NCBI GenBank assembly: GCA_963733035.1
Contig: CAVTBU010000008.1
Span: 320,001-384,000, forward strand
Length of the DNA stretch: 64,000 nt
DNA from: Pirellulales bacterium
GTDB lineage: Bacteria; Planctomycetota; Planctomycetia; Pirellulales; PALSA-1355
Direction of reading: 5' to 3'
Below, in pieces: positions 1 through 8,126 of the stretch. Position numbers and translations under genes: made by a program. Numbering within the stretch: the stretch's first letter is position 1; each line of letters starts with the position of its first letter. The notes below the pieces were generated by a model. The model saw nothing but the letters and a program-made list of their open reading frames with translations, searched no databases and was not told where the DNA came from.

Positions 1-611
1 TTGGCGCGTATCAAGACGATGGAAACGTCGTCCAGCTTCAATTTCGTCGAGCCGTCATCGTTGATCCACTCAGCCTCGGCCATAATGAAATGGCCGTTAT
101 CCGGCTGGTCGGGCCATTCTTCCGCCCAGCCGTACAATCGCCTTCCATCCTCAAGATTCAAAACGATGTACCGTTGCCCTTCGCAATGGAAGGCGCTGTA
201 CCATTCGCCGGGATAAGCTGTTCGCTTTGTCCAAACCCATCCGGTCGGCAGTTCGCCCTCGGGAATTTTCTCAAAATTCCACCGTCGTGAACTGAGGAAT
301 CCGTGGATGGTGTTGTTGTTCGCGAGCGAAGCAATCGCAAGCCCGAACAAGAGGGCAATTAACAGCGACCAGCCGAGCGCCACGTCGGTGGTCCAGTCGC
401 CGAGAATGAACGTCACCTGCCCCAGCCAAAAAAGAAGCTGACGAACGATTGCCGTGAGCACCTGAATTATGGCGCTGAACACCAGCGCCTGAACCGTGCG
501 CTCGAATTGGTCCCGTCTCGGGTGAGCCGTGAGTCCGTAGAAGACCCATGCCGCGAGAAACCCCGGCATGAGGGCCAGAACGATGGCGATGATGTCCTTG
601 GAAGGAAGCAT
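1..611 (-). CDS. DUF6338-like membrane protein (3'-truncated by window edge; absent from the ORF track)
   Basis: Own translation from ATG 611: MLPSKDIIAIVLALMPGFLAAWVFYGLTAHPRRDQFERTVQALVF...KRTAYPGEWYSAF...LEDGRRLYGWAEEWPDQPDNGHF. The frame stays open to the window edge. Family recalled from motifs. Confidence 0.75.
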   Translation of the reverse strand, partial: MLPSKDIIAIVLALMPGFLAAWVFYGLTAHPRRDQFERTVQALVFSAIIQVLTAIVRQLLFWLGQVTFILGDWTTDVALGWSLLIALLFGLAIASLANNNTIHGFLSSRRWNFEKIPEGELPTGWVWTKRTAYPGEWYSAFHCEGQRYIVLNLEDGRRLYGWAEEWPDQPDNGHFIMAEAEWINDDGSTKLKLDDVSIVLIRA

Positions 612-926
612 TTGCGCAGCCTCAAGTGCCTGTTCACTTGTCCATTAAAGCTAGCAAATTCCCCGATGGGAGGGAAGGCCGATTTTTCGGCCACCCTTGG
701 TTGGCCAATTTGCCGCAACTCTGCTACAGTCCCCACCCCTCGCAACGAACGCAACCAAGGGGCCACGGATGGCACCGCACCCGCTCGAATCTCAGTACGG
801 ATTGACGGCGCTCGAATTGCTGGACGCCATCGGCAGTAGGTTCCGGCTGAAAGATCGGCACTACTCCAAAGATTCGGAACTGAGATTCAGCGAGCCGCAA
901 GAGGCGGCCGGCGAAAAGTTGTTGTT

Positions 927-1715
927 CTAAGGGGCAGTCGGCACAGCGCTTGGGTCGGGTGCGTGCGTCCGCCAATAATCCAAACAGTAAGGATTGATGA
1001 TGGTGATGGGGCCACCGCCGTTGTCGTTTAGGTCCGGGTACATTTGCGTGTATTTGTACGAACTGGAATCAAAGCTAGTCGTGACGTTCTGTCCACGACC
1101 AAAGCTGCCACCAGCACTACCGCTTGTGCTATTCCCCATTGAATAGTAACTGCCTCCAAAGCCACCAGCACTACCGCCAGTAGTGTTGCCATAGCCAAGA
1201 TAGCCGCCATTTCCGCCGAATCCGCCCGTACCAACGCCTACTTGGCGGGTGTTGCTTTTGGCAGACGAGCCGGCCACGTCCATCGTGGTCATGTCGCCAC
1301 GCTCTCTCAGGTATTCCTCATGTCGTACTTTTGCGTCGGCGACTTGTTGCTTGTTGTATGCCAATGCCCAAGCCCGGAATTCGGCATCGGTGCACGTTGC
1401 GAAGTCGATGCCTTTGACAACAACAACCGGTGCAACGATCCGATCCGAGACGGTGACGCCATTGGATAGGATGATTTCCTTGGCGTTGGCGGCAACGGCC
1501 ATCATCACGACCAGTGCGGCTCCAATCAGCCTCAAGAACGGTAAGCGACGTGCGAGACGCAACGTCGCGTGCTGCTCGGGTGTGGGTGATACATGCAAGA
1601 CGCGCGGATTTCCATAATTGGCGTCTCGCACAACGACATGGGCCACACCATCGAAATACGTGATGATGTCTGTTGCCCCAATGCCGCAAGATGCTAACTC
1701 GTGTGTGTGAATCAT
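927..1715 (-). CDS. Hypothetical Gly-rich membrane/exported protein
   Basis: ATG 1715 overlaps the HTH gene stop (ATGA). It has a hydrophobic segment LIGAALVVMMAVAANA and a Gly/Ser-rich tract. Confidence 0.65.
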   Translation of the reverse strand: MIHTHELASCGIGATDIITYFDGVAHVVVRDANYGNPRVLHVSPTPEQHATLRLARRLPFLRLIGAALVVMMAVAANAKEIILSNGVTVSDRIVAPVVVVKGIDFATCTDAEFRAWALAYNKQQVADAKVRHEEYLRERGDMTTMDVAGSSAKSNTRQVGVGTGGFGGNGGYLGYGNTTGGSAGGFGGSYYSMGNSTSGSAGGSFGRGQNVTTSFDSSSYKYTQMYPDLNDNGGGPITIINPYCLDYWRTHAPDPSAVPTAP

Positions 1716-1906
1716 GGTTGTTTGCCCTTCAATTCGAGTTTGAAGAAATCGCACAATTTCTGCGCAGCGTTGAGACTCAATCCCCTAGTCCCTACGCGAA
1801 AACGTTGGATTGTTCCTTGGTCAATTCCAGTCTGGCGGGCAAGGTCCAAATCGTTTCCATGTTCCTTGACCTTGCGACGTAAGGTCTGTTCGATTTGCTT
1901 GGTCAT
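1712..1906 (-). CDS. Small XRE/Cro-type helix-turn-helix regulator (64 aa)
   Basis: MTKQIEQTLRRKVKEHGNDLDLARQTGIDQGTIQRFRVGTRGLSLNAAQKLCDFF, with an AGGAGA RBS upstream. Confidence 0.8.
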   Translation of the reverse strand: MTKQIEQTLRRKVKEHGNDLDLARQTGIDQGTIQRFRVGTRGLSLNAAQKLCDFFKLELKGKQP

Positions 1907-1924
1907 TGGGCTTCTCCTATTTGA

Positions 1925-1994
1925 ATTATGGCATTCTGCCATACCTGCGACAAGCCCTATCCTATGGAATATAGCCATATGGCACAATTCCAAT
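1925..1994 (-). promoter_or_regulatory. Sigma70-like promoter with three TATGG-N7-CCATA operator-like sites
   Basis: Minus strand TTGTCG-N17-CATAAT (1953-1925). Inverted-repeat sites at 1927-1943 and 1963-1979, plus a degenerate one at 1978-1994. Confidence 0.6.
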
Positions 1995-2126
1995 GTCTGG
2001 CGGGTCCGATTGTGCCTAGCGGTCAAAGCAAGTGATATGGCCGATCTTGATGGAATCAAGGTTGCTTCGGTGTAATTCCAAGCAAGGCTAGAAGTAGGTC
2101 AAGACTTCCAACTTGGAGCTACTTCA

Positions 2127-2423
2127 ATGACAGACTGGCAAGACATGAAAGTAGGGGAACTCGCGGACGTGATAGGCGTCCCGGCCTGCAAGGTCTATAC
2201 CGCCTTGCTCCAACTGAGAAACCAACAGCGAGCCCAAGCAATGCAGAGTTGGGAACTGGTCGCCGCATTCGAGCGACATGGCGTGCCGAAGCAAGACCAC
2301 CGCGCCCTTACACTGCTTATCAGGCTGGGGAAAGCCTCACGTCGTTTGCAGGCGCGACGTGCTGAGTTTCAGTCTTGCCTAAACGAAATCTGGGGAATCA
2401 TAACCAAGCGTGAAAAGTGCTAG
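2127..2423 (+). CDS. Hypothetical protein, possible N-terminal HTH
   Basis: 98-aa ORF with GGAG upstream; MKVGELADVIGVPACKVY resembles an HTH. Confidence 0.5.
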   Translation: MTDWQDMKVGELADVIGVPACKVYTALLQLRNQQRAQAMQSWELVAAFERHGVPKQDHRALTLLIRLGKASRRLQARRAEFQSCLNEIWGIITKREKC

Positions 2424-2432
2424 AATTCAAGT

Positions 2433-2609
2433 ATGGATGAAGACCAGCAAGCCGAACTAGAAATGCACCTTGCCGCCGGAACCGACATTCCGACCGCCTT
2501 CGCGGCTGTCCAAGGCGACGAACCGCCGCAAGGGCGGGGCCGATTCGTGGCAACCACAATCGGCGTGATAGTGGCCTTGCTTTTTATGATTCTCTGGCTC
2601 TGCGCATGA
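2433..2609 (+). CDS. Small single-TM hypothetical protein (58 aa)
   Basis: Own translation MDEDQQAELEMHLAAGTDIPTAFAAVQGDEPPQGRGRFVATTIGVIVALLFMILWLCA; starts 9 bp after the previous stop. Confidence 0.5.
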   Translation: MDEDQQAELEMHLAAGTDIPTAFAAVQGDEPPQGRGRFVATTIGVIVALLFMILWLCA

Positions 2610-2685
2610 AAAACCCCAACTGGCCGAAGCCAGTTGGGGGCAATCATGGTGCAACAAACCATGCTTGTGCGACTGTTGCACAGCG

Positions 2686-3707
2686 CTATTCGATCTTGAA
2701 ACCGAATTGTGCCGCCTGTCTACCTCGGAAGGTGTCCAAGGGCCGGTCGTGTCGGGATTCGTCTCAAAGATTTCAGACTTTTGAACGTAATCGGTACTGC
2801 CGATGGTTTGGGCTGAGCCTTCCCCGGTCGTCGTGCCGCTCTTTGCTAGTAGCTTCACGTCTAGCGGGCTCGCGTCCGTTTGTCGGCAAACTGTGTTGAC
2901 CGTGACAGCAAAAACTTGACTGACGTTGACCAAGTTTTGATGGTCATACAAGTCGATGTCGCTGGCGGCGCCCGTCACGTAATCCGTGTCATCGTTAGCC
3001 GGGTTGTCATCGACGAGCGCATAGTTGTCGGTCCCGGTGCTCGGCGTACAGTCAACCGCACCATCCCCATTTGGAAAGGTGGTCTGAACCTTAAACGACC
3101 CAAGAAAGTCGTTGTTCGTCGCGCCGCTTTCGTCCAAAACGTAGAAGTCATCAAAATGAAACTGCACCCCAAGGATATTTGATCCCACGATGCGAATGGC
3201 ATTTGTATAGGCGTTGCTCGCGGGCTGGGTGTCGATGCCCGTGGCCGACAGCAGGGTTATGCCGTTTACACGCAATTCGTACTCGCCGGCCGAGTTGTCC
3301 ACCTTGACGCGCAACTCAACTGTTGCCCAAGTATCGACGGGCAAGACTTGGCCGCTAGTCGTGGCAAGATGCGTGGTGTCGAAATAGATCGACCATTCCC
3401 CGCTTGTTTGTCGCCGCAGATTGATTCCGACGTTGGAACCGTCGAGAAACTCGCAGATTCGTGACTCCGCAGCGATTGCGAATGCCGCTTTGAATCCGAA
3501 GCCACAGATTAGTGTTTGTGTCGCTGGAAGCGAGACACCACAAAAGTTAGCCGGGTCAAGGCTGACGGCTTTCCCGCTAATGCGACCATCACGCACACGC
3601 ATGAAGCTAGAGATACTGCCATCGGTCCATTTACGTGCCATACCGCTAGGCGTGACGTTATTCGTTGCACCATAGGCGTCAAAGCCGTCAATGAAGATGA
3701 TCGACAC
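2686..3707 (-). CDS. Phage structural/tail-like protein with ConA/LamG-like beta-sandwich (apparent frameshift near 2716)
   Basis: MSIIFIDGFDAY start; W.TVELRVKV...YELRVNG and FDDFYV motifs. An alternate frame gives the natural-looking end (NPDTTGPWTPSEVD)AAQFGFKIE*. Confidence 0.6.
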
Positions 3708-3812
3708 AGTTTAGGATTCCTTCCTTGGTTGGGGCTTGGCCGGTGGAGCCGCACACAAGACTTCGATGTAAACTATTTCTTTTTCTGACATGGTGATTCC
3801 ATTGTTGTGTAG

Positions 3813-3853
3813 AAATAAAAAGCGTCGGGGCACTGGGTGCGGTACCCCGACGC
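3813..3853 (-). terminator. Intrinsic terminator
   Basis: GCGTCGGGG/CCCCGACGC stem followed by TTTTTATTT on the minus strand. Confidence 0.6.
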
Positions 3854-3896
3854 ACTGTCGGGCTGCGAGGATTCACCCCGACAAGTTTCGCAACGG

Positions 3897-4673
3897 CTAG
3901 GCCGTTGTCTCTCCGCTGATTTCTTCGGGCTCAGCTTCGGGCTGTTCGATTGTCTCGCGTACTTCAGCGGCGGCTAGCTTCAGTTTCTCCGACTGTTCGG
4001 CCAGCGCATCCGACCTTTCCGTGAGCACGGCTGTGCGCTCAGCTTCAAAGGCAGCATTCGCTTTCCAGAATCGTTCCGTGTCGCCTGTCTCAGTGAGCGT
4101 CCGCAGTTCGCGGCGATAATTCTCCAACCACGGTTGACAAACCGGGTCGGGGTTTGTGCTGAGCCTCGCTATCCAAGCCTGTCCATACAGCTTCGCATCG
4201 ACTACTTCTGTCGAGTTCAACTTGGCTTGGTGAGCCTCTTTCCCCGCGAGTTGGACATCGAAGGCGTCTGCTGACTTAATGGCCATTTCCAATCGCATCT
4301 TGATGCCGGCATGTTCGCGGGGCGGTCGGTTGGCCAACTCGCGTTCCAAGAAATCCACTCTGGCGCGGTAGGGGTTGTCTGTCTCGGATCGTTGAGTTGA
4401 GCCTTGGCCGCCCCCGTCCGTTTTGATCTTTTCTCGCAACGGACGGGCATCCTTTACAAAATCGGTATTGCGAAGTAGCTCGGAGGGTGTCAACTCGCGG
4501 CCAATGGTCGCAAGGGCTCTGGCTTGCGTAGCCTCGACAATTGCATTCGTCTCACGCTGCATTTCACTCTGTTGTGCGCGCGCTTTGTCGCCTGGCTTGT
4601 TCTTGTCGAATTTGTAGGTTCGGCGTTGGCCGCCGATATACGAAACGAATGAATCACGATTCACGGTGTACAT
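3897..4673 (-). CDS. Hypothetical alpha-helical protein
   Basis: 258-aa ORF, Ala/Glu/Lys-rich with an acidic tail; no recognisable family. Confidence 0.75.
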   Translation of the reverse strand: MYTVNRDSFVSYIGGQRRTYKFDKNKPGDKARAQQSEMQRETNAIVEATQARALATIGRELTPSELLRNTDFVKDARPLREKIKTDGGGQGSTQRSETDNPYRARVDFLERELANRPPREHAGIKMRLEMAIKSADAFDVQLAGKEAHQAKLNSTEVVDAKLYGQAWIARLSTNPDPVCQPWLENYRRELRTLTETGDTERFWKANAAFEAERTAVLTERSDALAEQSEKLKLAAAEVRETIEQPEAEPEEISGETTA

Positions 4674-5476
4674 GGTTTTCCTCGATAGGGTAGTGTATCA
4701 GCCAACGCGCCTTCCGCTGGTACAGGCCGGCGTCGCGCATAGTCTTGGTCAAGAATGCTTAGGGTGCCATCCCACGATTCGGATTCGATTCCCGGCGCAA
4801 TGCTCCAATGGTTGACGCAATCACGGGCGTCTAGTGGTACATCGACGCCATCAAGATACTTGTGGGACTCGGATGGGTTGTGCTGGTGTAGGAACCAGAC
4901 ACGTTGCCAGAGCGATTCGAGCCCGGCATCTAGCTGCACGACAGGCGCGATCGACGCACAAGCGATAACCTCGCAACTTGGCGCGAGTGTGTGTGCATGA
5001 ATTTGATTTGCCACGTCTACCTTGATCATGGCTTCATGGAGATATGATAAATGCGTCCAACTCAAATCATGCGGGATGCGAACGATTTCTAGTTCGCTTC
5101 GTAGGATCGCAGCCCGCCCGATTCTCGGCTCTAAGTAATCGTTGAATCGACCGCGAATCGCGGCTAGGCCGAACCCGATTCGCTTGCGAATTGGAACGTG
5201 ACGCTTGGCAAGATCGGCTTGCCAAGTCGCTCGCCAGTATCTCCGCTCACGTTCCCAAGCAAACCTTCCGTCGGCAGTTCGTTTGCCATTGCACTTGGAC
5301 AGAGGCCCAAGCGTGCGAGGGTCAACTTGCTGGCAGCCGGGGAATCGTCGCGGCCAACGTGCAAGGTCGGCGAAATAGATGCGTCGGATTATCTTTGGCG
5401 TGCTTGGCTTCTGACCACGAGAATCTGGCGGGTCATCAATCTGGACAAGGCACAACGTCATCGGCGGCCCAGTCAT
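4661..5476 (-). CDS. Hypothetical protein
   Basis: 271-aa ORF overlapping the next gene in the same-strand operon. Confidence 0.6.
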   Translation of the reverse strand: MTGPPMTLCLVQIDDPPDSRGQKPSTPKIIRRIYFADLARWPRRFPGCQQVDPRTLGPLSKCNGKRTADGRFAWERERRYWRATWQADLAKRHVPIRKRIGFGLAAIRGRFNDYLEPRIGRAAILRSELEIVRIPHDLSWTHLSYLHEAMIKVDVANQIHAHTLAPSCEVIACASIAPVVQLDAGLESLWQRVWFLHQHNPSESHKYLDGVDVPLDARDCVNHWSIAPGIESESWDGTLSILDQDYARRRPVPAEGALADTLPYRGKPCTP

Positions 5477-5682
5477 AGGACCGGGCGAGCGGTATGGTAC
5501 TACAGCCGTCTAGCAAGGGGCCGGGGCGCACAGAATCGCAGGGGCTTGCCGTCGTAGAGATACTGCCATGTACTCATTTGCTTTCCTTGACGGCTTGTGC
5601 CTTTTGCTGAGCGGCTTTGCGTTCGGCTTCGCGGGCTCGCTCATTGGCTGCTGCATTGGCCCTTGCAATTTCTATCTCTCGT

Positions 5683-6239
5683 TTAGTAGGCATCGGAATA
5701 CCTCGCTTGACTGGCCGCGAGCGCGTCGCGGGCTTCGATGGTCTTACGTCGGCACGCTTCGACGCTGGGCCGCCAGCCGGGCGGTAAACCTATAGGCGGG
5801 GGCGTTGGTGCGGGCATGTTGCGAGTGCTCTTGAAAAGCCCCGGTTGCCATTTCTGCAAGCTTGTCAATCGCGCCGCTCTGGCGAATGACGATGGCCTCG
5901 AACGCACTTCGCAGAATCGATACGCAACTCGCGGCAACGTCCAAAGCGCCAGCCGCCTTAGCAGCGCGGATACAGCGACCTAAAGCATCGTCGGCCATTG
6001 GACTAGCCTCGCAAGTAATTGAGGCGAGCGGCCATGTCGCGGACGGCCAAGTCGTGGCTTGATCCGGCGGCACTGGTTAACTGGTTGAGGCAGTCAGTCA
6101 CCGGATCGTCGCTTGTCGGTGATGCGTCAATCAGAGCGAGCAATTGGAGTACGAGCATCGGGTATGCGGACTCCACGCTCCCGGCCGGGGATGCGCCTTG
6201 TGCATATCGCTGATACAGTTTAGTTGGGGCGTTTGCCAT
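5683..6239 (-). CDS. Hypothetical protein, apparently split by frameshifts
   Basis: MANAPTKLYQ... continues through successive overlapping frames (6003-6320, 5744-6073, 5683-5937); true end uncertain. Confidence 0.4.
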
Positions 6240-6316
6240 CGAAAACCTTTCAAGGAATGACGCGAAGTGTGAATGGCGGCCCGTTGCGTCGGATCGGTGC
6301 CGCTTATTTAAGAACG

Positions 6317-6613
6317 TCACGAGTGGGGAAATCTGGGCAGACTAAAGCCACTCGTGACGTGAGCCACACCACCCCCACGTCGGCTTTGGATGGTTGCCGT
6401 GCTACCGGCCGGCTCGGCAAGGCGGTCGTTACGCCTTGCTGCTTCGTTCGCGGGGATAGAGGGAGATCGTAGAGAGACACGCAAAGGCGTTGTGCTGTAA
6501 GCAGAATCTTTTAATGCTGCATCCTGACACGATTCGCAGATTCCTTCCCTTGTGTAAACTTTCAATTCGTTCGTTTTGCACACTGGGCAAAGGTCATCGG
6601 GCTTCACTGTCAT
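6317..6613 (-). CDS. Small CxxC...CxxC zinc-finger protein
   Basis: CPVC...CESC; start uncertain (possible ATGA coupling at 6597 with an indel). Confidence 0.45.
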   Translation of the reverse strand: MTVKPDDLCPVCKTNELKVYTREGICESCQDAALKDSAYSTTPLRVSLRSPSIPANEAARRNDRLAEPAGSTATIQSRRGGGVAHVTSGFSLPRFPHS

Positions 6614-7223
6614 ACCTCTTGAGGATCGCTTTCAATCGTTTTTTCACGTCGGCCTCTGTGAGCCCGAGATGCAAAGCCACGTCAGCCGGGGAGCCGCCAT
6701 GCTCGCATAGGCGGATAATTTGTTTGTCGGTTTCATCTTGGCAGGCGTGGTTGAGTGAGTCGCGCACTTCCAAGAGCGTTGTCGGATCGGCGACTTCGGA
6801 GCAGACGGTAAACTCATTCAGCGTGGTTGTGTCTGGCGGAAAATCATCCTCAATACCATCGAGCTTTCGACGTTTGAGCGTACGGGCAGAGTAGCCGCGC
6901 GGAACTGGCCACGCGGTTCGTCGAATTGCTGACTTTACGCACGTTGCGATATAGGCGTCTGGATTCTCGTGCTTTTTTCCGAGTAGAGCGTGTGCCGCTT
7001 CAACGACGGCAAGCGTTGCCTCGCCGTTCAACTCGTCGGCAAGGTATCGGCGGTCGGGATTCAGTCGCAGAAATTTTCGGACCTGCCCCAGAGCGGCCGT
7101 ACCATTGTCGAGGATAATTTTTTCGATCCATCTTTTCTCGGCGGCCGTTAGTGCAGCGAGAGCGTCATTGTCTTTGTTCTTCAGGTGGACAGCCCCGGTG
7201 CGGGGCGGGCGTAGATCATGCAT
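6594..7223 (-). CDS. Sigma-70-like factor (region 2 + region 4), element-encoded
   Basis: Region-2-like ADELNGEATLAVVEAA...YIATCVKSAIRR and region-4-like DKQIIRLCEHGGSPADVALHLGLTEADVKKRL; start approximate. Confidence 0.65.
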   Translation of the reverse strand: MHDLRPPRTGAVHLKNKDNDALAALTAAEKRWIEKIILDNGTAALGQVRKFLRLNPDRRYLADELNGEATLAVVEAAHALLGKKHENPDAYIATCVKSAIRRTAWPVPRGYSARTLKRRKLDGIEDDFPPDTTTLNEFTVCSEVADPTTLLEVRDSLNHACQDETDKQIIRLCEHGGSPADVALHLGLTEADVKKRLKAILKRYDSEAR

Positions 7224-7231
7224 GGTGTGAT

Positions 7232-7489
7232 TCACGGGAGAGGAGGGGCGGGCGGGTTCGCCTTTGACCGCTGAGAAGCAATCGAGACGCCATTGGTCGA
7301 GCGACCTTGGGCGGCAGCGAGACGTTGAGCTACTACGCGGTCGTGATCTTCGCGCGTGTGCAAGGTGCCGATCGGAAAAAGGCCATGCTTTGACTCGAAT
7401 CCGTAGAGAATCCAATGTTCCATCACGCCATCCGGGCGGGTGATGGTCTTGTCTGGATAGACCCAGGGCGGGGGATTGCGTTTGGACAT
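7232..7489 (-). CDS. Hypothetical protein (85 aa)
   Basis: MSKRNPPPWVYPDKTITRPDGVMEHWILYGF..., ending just before the sigma-like gene. Confidence 0.4.
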   Translation of the reverse strand: MSKRNPPPWVYPDKTITRPDGVMEHWILYGFESKHGLFPIGTLHTREDHDRVVAQRLAAAQGRSTNGVSIASQRSKANPPAPPLP

Positions 7490-7577
7490 GAGGCGAGCGA
7501 GGGGAGGGACGCGAGAGTGTGCGCAGTAAAGCGACAGTAAAGCATACGGCAAAAACCACCTTTTCTTCACCGCGTGG

Positions 7578-7627
7578 CAAAGAAAACGACCCGCCAGAGT
7601 CAAAGAACCATGACTCTTGGCGGGTCG
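7578..7627 (-). terminator. Probable intrinsic terminator
   Basis: CGACCCGCCA-GAGTCA/TGACTC-T-TGGCGGGTCG stem, then TTTTCTTT on the minus strand. Confidence 0.55.
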
Positions 7628-7659
7628 GGTGGATGCGTCACCGCGTCGATGCGGCTGGG

Positions 7660-8037
7660 CTAGTTGGCCGAAGGTATGCCAGCCCAGAAGCGGCCGTCGT
7701 GGTCGCCCGGAACAAAGATCAAGGCAAACGTGCGTCCTGGGTTGTGCCACGTTGCAGGGTCACAATGGAATTGGAGTCCGTTCGCTTTGGCAAATTCCTC
7801 ACATACTCGCAATCGGTCGGCGGTGACTGAGTATGGCTGTGCAACGAGACACGGCACGCCGCTATAGAGGTTAGTCGATCCCCAATGGTCGAGTAGCCCA
7901 CCACTCAACTGCCGCGAGATGTATTCCTCCACGGCTTCCACGTGCAAGTCTTGTGATTTTCGCACGGCTTGTTTGACGAACGTCGGAAACTTGGCTTCAT
8001 GGCCAGATTTGATCGGTGCAAAACATGGATGGCTCAT
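7660..8037 (-). CDS. Hypothetical phage-like protein
   Basis: 125-aa ORF with LDHWG...QPY...WHNPG motifs and an ATGA-coupled start. Confidence 0.65.
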   Translation of the reverse strand: MSHPCFAPIKSGHEAKFPTFVKQAVRKSQDLHVEAVEEYISRQLSGGLLDHWGSTNLYSGVPCLVAQPYSVTADRLRVCEEFAKANGLQFHCDPATWHNPGRTFALIFVPGDHDGRFWAGIPSAN

Positions 8038-8126
8038 AACTTCTCAAACTCCAAGGGACTATTGCTTGCCATCCATGTTGAAAGTGTGCTCCATACAATC
8101 GAACGTATTGCCGTTGCTGAACTCAT
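8034..8126 (-). CDS. 30-aa microprotein
   Basis: ATGA overlaps with the neighbours on both sides; MSSATAIRSIVWSTLSTWMASNSPLEFEKL. Confidence 0.45.
   Translation of the reverse strand: MSSATAIRSIVWSTLSTWMASNSPLEFEKL

Noticed and set aside
2457..2685. C-terminal extension of the 416-aa ORF
   Set aside because: Likely frameshift read-through; it overlaps a plausible plus-strand small gene.
7185..7192. GTGGACAG match to the tRNA-Phe 3' end as a second att site
   Set aside because: Only 8 bp and inside a gene; expected by chance.
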